The notes: generated from the sequence alone by a model not told the origin. DNA of 64,000 nucleotides from Vicugna vicugna (GCA_013265495.1 MU058584.1:6104407-6168406); one strand, 5' to 3'. Shown: positions 13,610 to 26,420, numbered from the stretch's first letter. Numbers and translations: made by a program.

Positions 13610-16600
13610 CCATCTACAGCTACCTAGGGAACAGTTTCCTCTGAAATTGAGCAATGCCTACACAATGAGCGAACAGGAAAACCCACGTGGAAGCAAGTAA
13701 GAAAGGCTGAGAGATAGTCTTGCCATAAACCCCACTTCTGGTGTGGTGACCCACAGTCGGGAGAAAACTCACAAACCCGAGCTTCTACCTGAAAAGTAAA
13801 AGATCTGAACCCAACATCTAGCACTTTTAAGACCTGCACCTGAGAGATGAGCCCCCAAAACATTCAGCTCTCAAAGCCAACAGGGCCTGCATCCATGAGA
13901 CCTGTAAGCAAAACACAGAACCAGTTCTTAGAGGTCTTGTGTACGCAGACTCGCCCGCTGTGGAGCCTGCTGCAGGAGCAGCTGACAGGAAAGCGCCCAG
14001 ACCATCTGTGCTTAAAGGACTGACCTGAGGGGCAGGCATCTAATTTAACACATGAGCCTACTGAAATACTCAAGATGGAGGCCGGCAGGGACCATCTTCG
14101 TGCTCTCCAGCTCCCCTGTGTCTCCCAGAAAACAGTTTGTACCTTCATCTGGTGTCCTGCTTATTGCAGCTGCTGCCCAGGGGACACCTCCAGATCACCT
14201 GACTCTGGCAGCCATTGGGGTTAAACAGAGGAAGAGTTCTTAAATGGCTACTATCCTCAGGAAACATTAGAGGCAACAGACTGTGGCAATCAATCTTTTT
14301 GTGAAAAGATCTGTTAGCTTATCTTCATATCTGTGAACCTGAGGCAGGCTTCTAAAAAAATACACATCTGAAGGCTGACTATAATCCTCTCCAGACACCT
14401 GAAAGGGCAGATGCTATCTTTGCACTCTCCCACTGTCACATTTCAGGACACCAGTATCTTCTAGAGGGGAACTTGTACATTTATATGGTGTCTCAGTTTT
14501 TGCGGCTGCCACCCAGGGGACGCCCCTTGATCGCCTGGGTCTGGTGGCCACGGGGGCTTGTGTTCATGAGTTCAAAGGGACATTAGTGGAAGAAAAAAAA
14601 ATAAACAGTCCTTAATTGGCTATCACGCTAGGACTCAGGACAGAAGGAGGAGACACAGAAACATCCACCTCCCAGTCTTCACCTGAAAGAAGTATTTTTG
14701 CAAACTTTCAAAGCAGTGTATGGCTTCCAATCAGCCTGAATCCAGGTGCTAACTGAGATCTTCCCCTTTAGGACACTAACAGGTCTGGTACATCCTCAGC
14801 TACTAGTAACCACTAAAAATAAAGTAGGCTTCTTGAACAATCACAGAGGTTTGAAGACAACCAAGAAAGAGCCAGAGCATGGCTGAATGAAAAAGTTCAT
14901 CTCCTAAACAAGGCCACTCCTTCCAGGCTGGGAGAGGTGGCTAGTTTATTTAACAGGTAGAAATCAATTCAAGGAAAATGAAACAGAGGAATGTGTTCCA
15001 AGAAAGAACAAGATAAAACCTCAATGAAATGGAGATAAATGATTTACCTGATAAAGAGTTAAAAATAATGGTCATAAAGATGCTTGCCAAGCTCAGGGGA
15101 AGAAAGGATGAAAAAAGCTAGAACTTCAACAGTGATAGAAAATATAAAAGTATCTAAAAGAAGTCACAGAGCTGAAGAATACAATAATTGAACTTAAAAA
15201 CACAACAGAGGGGTTTAACAGTAGACTCGATGAAGCAGAGGAAAGGATCAGTGAACTCAAAGACAGGGCAATGGCACTCACACAATCAGAGAAGCAAAAA
15301 TAATAAAAACAGAGTGAAGATAGCTTAAAGGACTTATGAGCCAACATTAAGCCAACAAACATTTGCAATATAGGGGTCCTAGAAGGAGAAGAGAAGGAAA
15401 AAGGGGCAGAAAACTTATTTGAAGAAATAATGGCTGAAAATTCCACTAACCTGAAGAAGGAAATAGATACCTGGAGAGAAAACTCAAATTACTAGAATAG
15501 GAAATTAAAGCATGACATTACTACTATTATCTCTGACATTATAGAGATAAAAAGAATACTATGAACTACTATAAGCCAATGAAGGATAACCTATATGAAA
15601 TGGACAAACTCCTAGAAATATACAAATTATCAAAACTGATTCAAAAGAAAAAGAAATTACAAGTGCACCTATACTGAGTAGAGAGATTGAATCAGTGATC
15701 AAAAATTTCCCAACAAAGAAAAGTCCGGGGGCCACATAGTTTCAGTGGTGAATTCTACCAAATATTTAAAGAAAAATTAGCAACAATCCTTCTCAAACTC
15801 TTTCAAAAATTAAAAAAGGAGGGAACACCTTCTAATTCATTCTATGAGGCCAGCATTATCCAGATACCAAAGCGAGACAAAAACCTCATAAAAATAGAAT
15901 GTTTTTTATGAATATCCTTTGTAAAGAGATGTAAAAATTCTTAAAATACTAGCAAAAAGTATCCAGCAGCATATTAAAGAAGATAATACACCATGACCAA
16001 GTAGGGTGTATCCTGGGAATACAAGGGAGATTAAACATATGAAACACAATTAATGTAATACAACACATTAATACCATGAAGAAAAAATGTACATGATTAC
16101 TTCAATGATGCAGAAAAAGCATTTGATAAAACCCAACACCCTTTCATGATAAAAGCATTCAACAAATTAGGAACAGAAGAAAATTTCCTCAATATGATAA
16201 AGGACATATATTAAAATCTACTGCTAATACACTCACTGGTAAAAGAAGGAAAGATCTCCCCTTAAGATTAGGAACAAGAAGAGGATGCCAGCTTTCACCA
16301 CTGCTATTCAATACAGTACTGGAAGTTCAAGCCAGAGCAATGAGGTATGGAAAAGAAATAGAAGGCATCCAGACTGGAAAGGAAGAAGCAAAACTAAATC
16401 TGCAGATGACATGATATCATATGTTGAAAATTACTGGAGCCAACAAATTCAGCAAAGTTGCAGAATATGTAAGTAACACACAGAAAATCAGTTGTATTTC
16501 TAATATACTAACAATGAAAATTCCTAAAAGAAAATTAAGAAAACCATTCCATTTACAATCAAAAAGAACAGTAAGGAATAAATTTAAGCCAGGAGGTACA

Positions 16601-17940
16601 ACATTTACACACTGAAATCTATGAAATATTATTGAAAGAAATTAATAAAGACTAACTAAATGGAAAGACATCCCATTTTCACACATTGGACAATTAATAT
16701 TGTTAAGATAGCAATATTCCCTAAAGTGATCTACAGATTCAATACAATCCCTATCAAAACCCCAAAGCCTTTTTTGCAGAAATGGAAAAGCAATCCTAAA
16801 ATTCACATAGAAACACAAGGGATCGTGAATAGCCAAAACAATCGAAAAAGAAGAACAAAATTTGAAGACTCACGCTTCCCAATTTTGAAATGTACTACAA
16901 AGCTACAGTAATCAAAACAGTGAGATATTAGCATAAAGAAAGACATATATGTCAATAGAATAGAATTGAGTCCAGGAACAAACCCCTATACCTACTACAG
17001 TCAACTGATTTTCAACAAGGGTGGCAAGACCTCTCATTGGGGGAAAGAACATCTCTTTAACAAATGGTGCTAAAACAACTGGATATCCATATGCAAAAGA
17101 ATGAAATTGAATCCTTTCTTCATTCCACACAATTAACTCAAAATGGATCAAAGACATACATTTTATAGCTAAACATGTAAAACTCTTAGAAAACAGGGGG
17201 GGGAGTCTTCATGACCTTGAATTTGGCAATGGTTTCTTAAATAATGCCATCAAAAGCAAATACAACAAAAGAAAAACATAAATTTAAAACTTTTACATAT
17301 GAAAGGATACCTTGAAGACAGCAAAAACACAATACACAGAATGGGACAAAATATTTGCAAATTATTTATTTGCTAAGCATCTAGTATCTGGAACATCTAA
17401 AGAAGACAGACAAAGGCCAAGTGGCATATGAAATGTCACTAGTAACTAGGGTAATGTAAATCAAAACCATAATAAGATACCACTTCACATCCATTAGAAT
17501 GTCTACACTTAAAAAAAAAAAACAACAGAAAACAGTAAGAGTTGGTGAGGATGTAGAAAAATTGGAATTTTCATATACTGCTAGTAGAAATGTAAAATGG
17601 TGCATCTAGTGTAGAAAATAGTTTGGTGGTTCCTCAATGAGTAAAACGCAGAATTAGCATTTGACCCAGCAACAACTAGGTATATACTAAACAAGAGAAA
17701 ACAGGTGTTTGAACAAAAACTAGTACAGGAATGTTCACAGCAGCTTTATTCACAATAGCCAACAGATGGAAACAACCTAAGTGTCCATCAAAGGTGAATG
17801 AGCAAACAAGATATGCTATATCCATGCAATGAATTATTACTCAGCTTATAAAAGGAATGAAGTACTGATGAATGCTATAACATGAAGATTAAAAATATTT
17901 TACTGTGTGAACAAAGCTTTACACAAAGGCCATATACTTA
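13610..17940 (+). mobile_element. Degraded L1 in KIFAP3 intron 1: 5' UTR, 5' part of ORF1, internal deletion, ORF2 (RT and C-terminal part), 3' UTR start
   Basis: ORF1-like sequence at 14980-15472 (...NIC-IGVLEGEEKEKGAENLFEEIMAEN). ORF2-like sequence from ~15474, e.g. ORF 16660..16911 INIVKIAIFPKVIYRFNTIPIK. Many stops and frameshifts. Confidence 0.9.
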
Positions 17941-18254
17941 TTTCACTTATCATCAGCTCACAGCATGTATCATAAATACAGTAAGTACTTTTGGTAATAT
18001 ACTATTTAAAGTCTGTATTCCTTGCTACATCATAATCACCACAGAGGCTGGGGAAAGTTTTCATCTAATACTTTTAATCATTTGGCTGAGTGACTTTTAC
18101 AGGGTAGCATTTCAAATAACCATTGAATGAATGAATGTCATTCACTCTTAAAATCCTTCAGTGGCTCCTCATTGCTCTTATAAGTCTCAGCTCTATATTA
18201 CAGCTCATCAAGTCCTATATGATTTGGCCCATTTTTCTTTCTAGCCTTATTCTC

Positions 18255-19035
18255 AATTCATTTAATCACTATTCAGTGAATTCGTATGTTCCAGGTACTG
18301 CTCTGCATGCTGAAGATACAACAGGAAGTAAGTACACTATACTTTACCCTTTCGAAGCTTATAGGGTAGCAGGAAAGACAAATAATAATAAAGTAGTAAG
18401 AGTTGGGAAAGACAAGGTATTACGTATCATGGGAAGCTAGCAGATATATCCGACCTGGATGATGGTCTGGGGGGTGGGAAAGGGCAGCTCAGGAAAGACC
18501 TAGAAACAGTGACATTAATGCTAAAACAGGAAAGATGAAGAGTTAGCTAAGTAAAGAACAAGGCAAGTTCCAGACAATGGGAAGGGCATTTGTAATCTAA
18601 CACTGAAACACACAGGGATCTAAAAGAAGTTATTTCTGCAATATTATGGTTACCAGGGGAAAAGGTGGTAGGAAGGGATAAATTTGGGAGTCTGAGACTC
18701 ACAAATGTTGGCCACTGTATATAAAAATAGATTAAAAAATTTTTCTGTATAGCACAGGGAACTATACTCAATATCTTGTAATAACCTTTAATGAAAAAGA
18801 ATATGAAAACAAATGTATGTATATGTATGACTGGGACACTGTGCTGTACACCAGAAATGGACACATTGTAACTGACTATACTTCAATTTAAAAAAATAAA
18901 TAAATAAACAGAAAAAAAAAGTTACTTCTGTAAGGCTGAAATATGAAATTGTTGGGGGCAGGAGGGGAACAGGGAGCGATGAAGCTAAAATGGTAGGCGC
19001 TCTAAGAGCAATGGAAAGCCATCAGAGAGTTTTAA
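18255..19035 (-). mobile_element. L2 fragment interrupted by a young L1 3' end
   Basis: tcatttaatcactattcagtgaattcgtatgttccaggtactgctctgcatgctgaagatac...gagcaatggaaagccatcagagagttttaag. Confidence 0.65.
18642..18918 (+). mobile_element. 5'-truncated lineage-specific L1 3' UTR with A-tail and TSD
   Basis: ctgtatagcacagggaactatactcaatatcttgtaataacc...ttgtaactgactatacttcaat plus A-rich tail. TSD aagttatttctgcaa (18627-18641) / aagttacttctgtaa (18919-18933). Confidence 0.9.
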
Positions 19036-21193
19036 GAGGCCAAAAAAGGAAAAAATCTCTGGCTATTAACTGTCTATGTACTTGTGTGCGTATCTGATTA
19101 AGGATATGAACTGTCTATTTAATCATTTCCCCAGTGACCAGAACAATGCTAGGCATGCACTAGGTATTTGGTAAGGATGTATTAAGCCCTACTGAATCAA
19201 AACACTAACTGGTAGCAGAACAAAAAATGAAACCCGGTTTTTTTGGTTCTATAATCTATTAACCTATGTAAACATAGGCATTAGAGATTCCTCAGTGATA
19301 ACTCCAATTAAATGACTGAAATTAACTAATTAAAATTAGAGTGAATCAATTAGATTGAAAACATACCGCTCTGTTAAAAACAAAATAATAAAAGTAGAAA
19401 TATTACAAAAAGAATATATGTAATCATTATCAAAGAACTAACCATGAAAACAGAAGGTTCTGTCAGACACCATAGGCCATCTGGCCTGCATGATTATGTG
19501 TCAGATGCATATTTCTAATCTGAAAGTGGACAATGCAAACTTCCTATTAGCTACATTGTCAAAATTAGAATTGAGAAGTGTATATTTCAACCTTTCCAGA
19601 TTCTGACCTTATTTTACTTCAAACATTACAGTGACTCATTTGATTTTGTTTTTTGAACTCTGCATAATATAGTTTTGAAAGTAAGCAGTAGGTTGAGAAT
19701 TACAAGTCATAGTATACTTAAGGGACCACTGGGTACAAGAATCTAAGGAAAACTATCTTCTGTCACAACCATATGACATGAATATAAGCCAATGGTGTAA
19801 TAGTGGTTCTTTGCTCTAGGACAATCTTGAATTTAAAGTTGAAGGAGAAAGAATTTGTTTTCTTCCATAGAATTTTGAATCGAGATATTTTAAAAGGTTG
19901 ATGTAAGCAAAATTAAGAGAGGAAATAAATACTGACTACATACTTGTCATGATTAGATTTTTTTCTAAAACTTTTACTGATAAAGCCTGGTTATTTAATA
20001 ATTTCAGACACATTTATACAAAAATGGGAAGGAAAGAAATACATGCCTCAGTCCTGCAAAGACAGTGAGTACAGCTGTTTGGCTGCGTGATTGATTTTAC
20101 AATTGTTTCAATCCCTTTTAAGAGTATTAAAGGTTAGAAGATCTTTCTGCGATGATAAGGGCCCTGCCAGGCCAGGATAAACATATTCAGTAGAAGTATA
20201 TTATGACTTGAAATAATGCCACCACTTTACATGGATGTTTTATCTTTTAGAAGTATTTTCATATTTGGTCCTCATACCTCTCATAAACTAATATTTGCCT
20301 CATATAAGGAAACTGTGTCCAAAAGAATACAGGTGACATTCTAGGGTATTTACCCAATCAGTAACAGAGGCTTAGCTAAAAATGGAGAGTCCTTTTTTTT
20401 TTTCCTATTGAGTCACTGCTAACTCTTGGTCCAGTGAAAGGTATCCTTTTTATCAGGGGTGATTTTTATCTTTGACCAGAGTCAAATAAATAATCCCAAC
20501 AGATTACATTTTTTTAAGGAGTAATTGATACTCTAAATATGTTCAAACTAAAGAAATGATAGCCTGCTCCATGTTAAGCTCTTGAACAAATCTCTTGATA
20601 ATTATGAATCTCCCACAAAAATTATACCGTATACATGGCATTCAAATGGGTGAAGTGGATGAGGAAAGCAGAAATAGCCTGGAAAGCAACATCTCAATCC
20701 AGCCTCCCATGAATTAAAAGCCACCGCTTCTTTCCCATTCATCATTTCAAAACCCCACAGCAGTGAACCCCAAACTGGAGACAGACAAGAGAGGCGCCAG
20801 AAGAATTCATTTCCAGGCTCCCACGGAATTTATCATTTGGGGGAAAATGGAGAGTCGGGGTATGGGGGCGGGGAAGGGCGAGGAAGACGCGGTTTACCCC
20901 GCCCTTCGCCCCTCGCCCCTGAACAATGCAACATAACAAGGAAACCATCTTCAAAGCTGTCAGGACCCGTCGAGTCAGGTAAGAGGCTGGAGAAATTCGC
21001 ACCCCCGAAGGGCCCCTTCCTCTTTTCAATTTAGCTTTCCCCTCCCTTTCCGTGACTTCGCCCCTGTCTCCCACCCCCCTTCTAAACTTCTCGCTTTGCC
21101 CAGTGACACCTCGCGGCCAACCCAAGAACCTCTTAAGAATATCTTCAGGGTCCAGGTAAAGGAGGGTGGGACCGAGCCTTGGGGAGTCGTCAC

Positions 21194-21225
21194 CTTTTGA
21201 GGTATCTGGCGTCCTCCCCCTGCAT
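21194..21225 (-). CDS. KIFAP3: KIFAP3 coding exon 1 (MQGEDARYLK + 2 nt)
   Basis: ATG at 21225 preceded by (GCC)7. Translates to the known KAP3 N-terminus MQGEDARYLKR. Donor AAG|GTGACG with GT at 21193-21192. 32 nt of CDS. Confidence 0.97.
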
Positions 21226-21246
21226 GGCGGCGGCGGCGGCGGCGGC
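21226..21246 (-). repeat. (GCC)7 trinucleotide repeat abutting the KIFAP3 start codon
   Basis: Plus strand ggc x7 directly after cat (21223-21225). Confidence 0.95.
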
Positions 21247-22090
21247 GTGGGGAGGATGAGGGTGTCTGAGGCCGGCGGGGCTGTTTCCGGGGACGGTGGC
21301 CAAAGTACCCCACACCCAAAGGCGATGACAGTCCTGAGGCCTGCAAGGCGGGGCAGCTGCGGCGCTGCGGTTACCACGGTGAGGCCACCGGCTCCTCCCA
21401 CAGCTCCGAGGCCTCAAACACTGGAGCTCGCCCAGACCCGCCCAGAGCTGCCTCTATCAGCTCCGCCTCAAGGCGCATGCGTCTGCCGCGCCGCGCCAGC
21501 ACGCGCAGGCTCAGTATGCGGTGCTGGCCCTCGGGACTAATCTGACGCACCCTGCAGCAGGCAGAAGGTGAAGGCTTTTGCGGCAGATTTAAGCGGGCGT
21601 GGTTAAGGAGTGGCTCCGTGTCACCGCCCCCTTGAGGATGGGAATTGAAAGCGTCATCCCGGATTGAAATGTTAGGTCTTCAGCTTGAAGAGAGGGAAGG
21701 GGAATCGGTTAACCTTTTAATTAGAGAATGAAGGCTCTAGAGCATTGCATTCCAGCCCTTAGCTAATAACCTGTAACATGATGTTTGTATTTGGGGTAAT
21801 TGTGAAAGAGGAGCTGCACTGACTGCACTCAGAAGCTCGAACTTGTACAGATAGTCTCACCCTTGTACAAAAAGAATATTATTAATATGGACTTTGACCT
21901 AGTGGTAAATCTGTCACTTCCACTTTGGTATCCTAAATCTAGAATGCACCTTTATTTATTTTTTTTCCCACACAAAAAGAGCTCCTGAATACAGCACCTC
22001 CACTGATTATTCCTAAATAAGGGTATGTTTGGAATTGTTTCTTCCAAGGCAGGCAAGTGTGGCAATACAGGCCATATGGAAGACGGGTAG

Positions 22091-22422
22091 TTTGTTTGTT
22101 TTAATTATAGTTGATTTGCAATATTGTGTTAGTTTCAGGTGTACAGCATAGTGATTCAGTATTTCTGTGGATTGTATTCCATTATAGGTTATTACAAGGT
22201 AATGGGTATAACTTCCTGTGCTATACAATATATCCTTATTGCTTATGTATTTTATATGTAGTAGTTTGTAACTGTCAATTTCATACCCCAATTTGTCCCT
22301 CCCCCCTCTTCCCTCTTTACTTTTGGTAACCACAAGTTTGTTTTCTGTATCTGTGAGTCTGTTTCTGTTTTGTATATACATTCATTTGTATTATTTTTTT
22401 AGATTCCACATATAAGTGATAC
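22091..22422 (-). mobile_element. Artiodactyl-type L1 3' UTR fragment
   Basis: tatagttgatttgcaatattgtgttagtttcaggtgtacagcatagtgattcag...tttggtaaccacaagtttgttttctg...tagattccacatataagtgata. Confidence 0.88.
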
Positions 22423-22879
22423 TCATTTTGAACCTTAGCAAGTAATGTCCTCTGCTTTGAGATCTGTTCCCATGGACTCAGCTATCACACCTACGCAAAT
22501 GACTTATTGATTAATTCAATAAATATTAATTGAGGGCCAGCTTTGTACAAACATCAAACCAGATTCTAGGGACACAAAGAAGGCATCTCCACTCCCTCTT
22601 CTCATCTGTAATCTTATCACTTACTCTCTTCTTGTTCTATGTTTTCAGTCACTTTGGGCCATGTCTACATAGTTGTTCCACTGCCTTTTTCAAATGCAAT
22701 AAATTAAAGCAGTGCACTGCATGGAATATTAAATATAGACACAGTCCACATCCACTAAGACATATTATTTTTATCTGCCCACCCATTCACACCAGCTACA
22801 CTATTTCTGTCAGTGTTGTAGTCATTCTTCTAGTCTTCTGGGGAAGAATATATGGAACTAACTTTGACGTCTTCCTTTG

Positions 22880-23282
22880 TATCATTCCCTATTATTAAAT
22901 TATTACAAAAGTCTATCATTTCTTCCTTCAAGATATTCCTGCAATCCAGCTTTTTTCTCCATTCTCATTTCTACCTACTAGTCTAACCACTTCATACTTG
23001 GGATACTGCAATTCTTTCCTAACAGGACTCCCTATTTTCTGTTTTTCCCAAATTCTCAAAACTGATACAAAATTTTACAAATTATTATTCATAGCTAGAT
23101 TACCTTAAAACCCTCACAACACCTAAAATTGCCAGATCACAATATCTATTAACATGCACAGCTAATATAACAAGCATTCTTGCAATGTAAACTCGAGATC
23201 AGAGATTTTGCTTTATTTACCTCTGTATCCTTAAAACAGCATCTGGCTCAGAAATGGCACTGAATAAATATTTGGAGTTGAA
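22880..23282 (+). mobile_element. L2 3' fragment
   Basis: Ends aatgtaaactcgagatcagagattttgctttatttacctctgtatcc...tggcactgaataaatatttggagttgaa. Confidence 0.6.
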
Positions 23283-23399
23283 AAAAATGCATACCTGAGC
23301 TTGAAACAATAACAACGAAAATCTGGAGGAAATGTATAGAGGCCAGAAAGGAAAAGCTGTAACTTAGATCAGTAAGGAGGTAAAGTGAAACTGGGGCTG

Positions 23400-25584
23400 A
23401 ACTAGAGAAGCTGTCGATCTGTAGCAGGAAAAGTACAAGATAAGCCTGGGCATTTTATTCTTGAAGTATTGAAATACTCAAAGATGAATGGGATTGTGTC
23501 CAAAAGACACTGGTCAATTTTGAGACAATTTACAACAAAAAGAATAATTACTGTGATTGATTTAACACATTAGTAAAAATCCAGGAGTCCACAATGATAC
23601 TCAATAACCGACAGAAAAACAGAAAAACAAAACCTCACTTTCATTGATGCCAATGACCACATCAAATTTTTACTCTGAAAATTGATAATTAAAGGAAATA
23701 ATTAAGCATTTAATCCAGGTCTTTTGAGACTAAACTATAATTTATCTCCTCTTAATGAGGGAAAGCTCTTCTTTACAGAAAATGACTGCTAGTAATGGAG
23801 AAAAATAATTATAGACAGTTACTATTTTGCAAGCCCCAAGAAATAATGGATTCAGGGACACCTCATCGATTTATTATAAAATAAAATGTGTCAAAGTTTC
23901 ATCCCACAGATTTCTTGATAATTCTAAAAGGAAAAAGTGTTACTTTACCATGGGGACATAAATACATCAGTATTTTAAACAAACAAGTAAATTTAGCATC
24001 ATTAGTAGTGGTAGTACCTGATAGTTTATGGGTAGGAAGCACATAAGATCATTTGTTAAGTATTCTTACCAGAAATTAATGTGAATCTAAACTGTTAATC
24101 TGTACAAAAATTAATAATTAGAAATCTCAGTTAAATAGAGTTGAGAAACCAGAATGGGGAGCTCTTCTGCCCTGTGATGATAACAGAGCTCAACAGGAAG
24201 ACTTTCCTGGAAAGGGCTCATCCAATGAATAGTCATGAACTCTTTGTTTACTGTAGACTTCACAACTTCCTTTTCCTCTGTATAAAAGCATTGCCCTGCA
24301 GGGCACTTGCACATGGTTCTCCATGATTGCAGACCCCCAAATGCAATGCTCTGCTGAATAAACCCATCTTTGCTGGAGAAATATGTGGCAGTCTATTTGC
24401 TTCAGGTCAACAGATCTCACATGCAGTACTAGATAAAAAGATGGCCTCAAAAATGGAGAACATCCAATTGGATATTAAGATATATCATAACAATAATAAT
24501 TACAAGGTAATAGTATTGACAAAAGGAGAGAACCCAAATGGAACAAAAAGAGAGCCAACTCATGCACATACATAAACTTGAAATATGACATAAGTGAATT
24601 TTCGGATCATAATGGGAAAGATGTATTTTCAGTAAATGTTTTTGAGGCAATTGGTTATGCATATGTAACAAATGAAATTGGATTGCTATAAGCAAATGCT
24701 AATTCCACATTGAATAAAGAAGTGTGAAAAAATAAACTTTATAAACATTGAGAAACAAATATAAATTATCTTTATGACCTTCAGTTTTTAAATTTTATGA
24801 CCTTCAATTTTAAACAGGATACAGAAACCACAAAAAATAAGATATTGATAAATTCATTATGTTAAAATTTATAACTTCTGATTATCAACCAAGACAAGAA
24901 AAAGAAAGTGAAAAAGGTAAGTCACATGAGAACTAACAAAGGATTAAATCAATTACTTCAAGATCCATTAGGAATCAAAAAGGAGAAGGCAAACAACCCA
25001 ATGGGTAAATGGACAAAGAAGAAAAAGAGGAATTAGGAATAGCCAGAAACAAAACAAAATATGAAAAGATGATCCACCTCAGTAGTAACCAGGGGGCTGC
25101 CAATTAAGACCATATAAAGATTCAGTTTTACATCGACCAGAGCGCAAAATTTAAGAAGTCTGACAATACCATGTGCTGATGAAAATGTGAAACCTTGGAA
25201 ATGATTTAGTAAACATTTTGGATGTGAGTGTACATTGGGACTACCACTTGGGAATAAAATGTCTTGCATTATTTTGTAAATTGAACAAGGATATCCCCTA
25301 AATGTTTGCAATCCTACTCCTAGTTATATAGCTCACAAAATTCTACCATATGTGCACAATGAGGTTTGTTCCAGAAGTATCGGAGCAGTAATGTGCATAA
25401 TAGAAAAAGAAAAATGGAAAACAATTTCAGAATATTTTTGCAGGAGAATGGGTAAATACGTTTGAAATATTCACACAATACAATATTATGCAGCAGAGAG
25501 TGTTAATGAACTAGAACTATACAGACAACATGGATGAGTATTGAAACATTATATTGAGTGAAAGTGATTTGCAGAAGATTACAT
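23400..25584 (+). mobile_element. Ancient L1 fragments (L1MC/L1ME-like) interrupted by a solo LTR
   Basis: tactctgaaaattgataattaaagg...gagggaaagctcttctttacagaa, then ORF2-end/3' UTR motifs at 24600-25580 (atatgaaaagatgatccacctcagtagtaaccaggg...aatgaactagaactatac). Confidence 0.65.
24093..24412 (+). mobile_element. ERV1-type solo LTR (320 bp)
   Basis: Termini TGTTAATCTG...CAGGTCAACA (imperfect inverted, TG...CA); CCAAT, TATAAAA at ~24281, AATAAA at ~24357. TSD not clearly preserved. Confidence 0.8.
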
Positions 25585-26420
25585 AATTTTTAAAATTGTG
25601 GTATAATTTACATACAATAAAATTCATTCTTCTTGGTGTGCAGTTCTGAGTTTTGACAAGCACATGAGTTATGTAACCACTAGACAATCAAAATAAAGAG
25701 CAGTTCCATCATCCCCTGAAATTCCCTTCTGTTCCTTTGAAGTCAATCTATTTCCCCAACATCAGGCTCTGGTAAATACTGATCTGTTGTCTGTTCCTAT
25801 AATTTTGCTTTTTCCAGAACATCATCTACATGTAAGCATACATGATATAACCTTTCGAGTCTGGTTTAATTCTTTCAGCATAATGTATTTGGGGGCCATC
25901 CATATTGTGTTTCATTGGTTTATTCCTATTTTTCTGTTAGGTAGTATTCCACTGTATGAATATGCCACAGTTTATTCACTCACCACATTTGCGTTGTTTC
26001 TAGCATTTGGGAACTGTGAATGGAGCCTCTACAAACATTTACACATAGGTTTTGCGTCAACTAAAGTTTTCTTTTCTCCTCAGAGCAACACTTAAGAATA
26101 GAATTGCTCAGTTACATGGCAAATATATGAATAACTCTATGAAGCTGCAAAACTGTTTTCCAAAGTGGCTGTGCTATTTTGCATTCCCACCAACGTATGT
26201 GACTTCAGATGGAGCCACATCCTCACCAGCACTTGGTGTTATCAAGTTTTTAATCTGTTTGTTTACTCTAGTCATTCTAACAGGTGTGCAAGGATATCTC
26301 ATTTGATTTAAATTGTATTTCTATGATGATTAATGGTATAAGTATCTTTTCATGTGCTTATTTACCATTTGTGTACCATTTTGGGTAACGTCTTTGTTCA
26401 AATATTTTGTTCATTTTTTG
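25585..26420 (-). mobile_element. L1 3' end (L1MB7/8-like)
   Basis: tgtggtataatttacatacaataaaattcattc...gagttttgacaag...ccaaagtggctgtgctattttgcattcccaccaac. Confidence 0.85.

Larger units (their letters stand above)
20850..21660 (-). promoter_or_regulatory. KIFAP3: CpG island / KIFAP3 main promoter and 5' UTR
   Basis: The only strongly GC- and CpG-rich segment in an AT-rich window; it spans exon 1. GC boxes near 20865, 20898 and 21437; GCGCATGCG (NRF1-like) at 21473-21481; X-box-like motifs at 21283-21294 and 21370-21383. Confidence 0.9.

Noticed and set aside
15126..17605. Cluster of 60-106 aa ORFs
   Set aside because: Sense and antisense fragments of a decayed L1 ORF1/ORF2; no intact retrotransposon ORF.
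20742..21401. 219-aa ORF and other overlapping ORFs across the CpG island
   Set aside because: Non-ATG starts, low-complexity Pro/Gly/Arg content, and read-through of the exon 1 donor; expected from stop-codon scarcity in GC-rich DNA.
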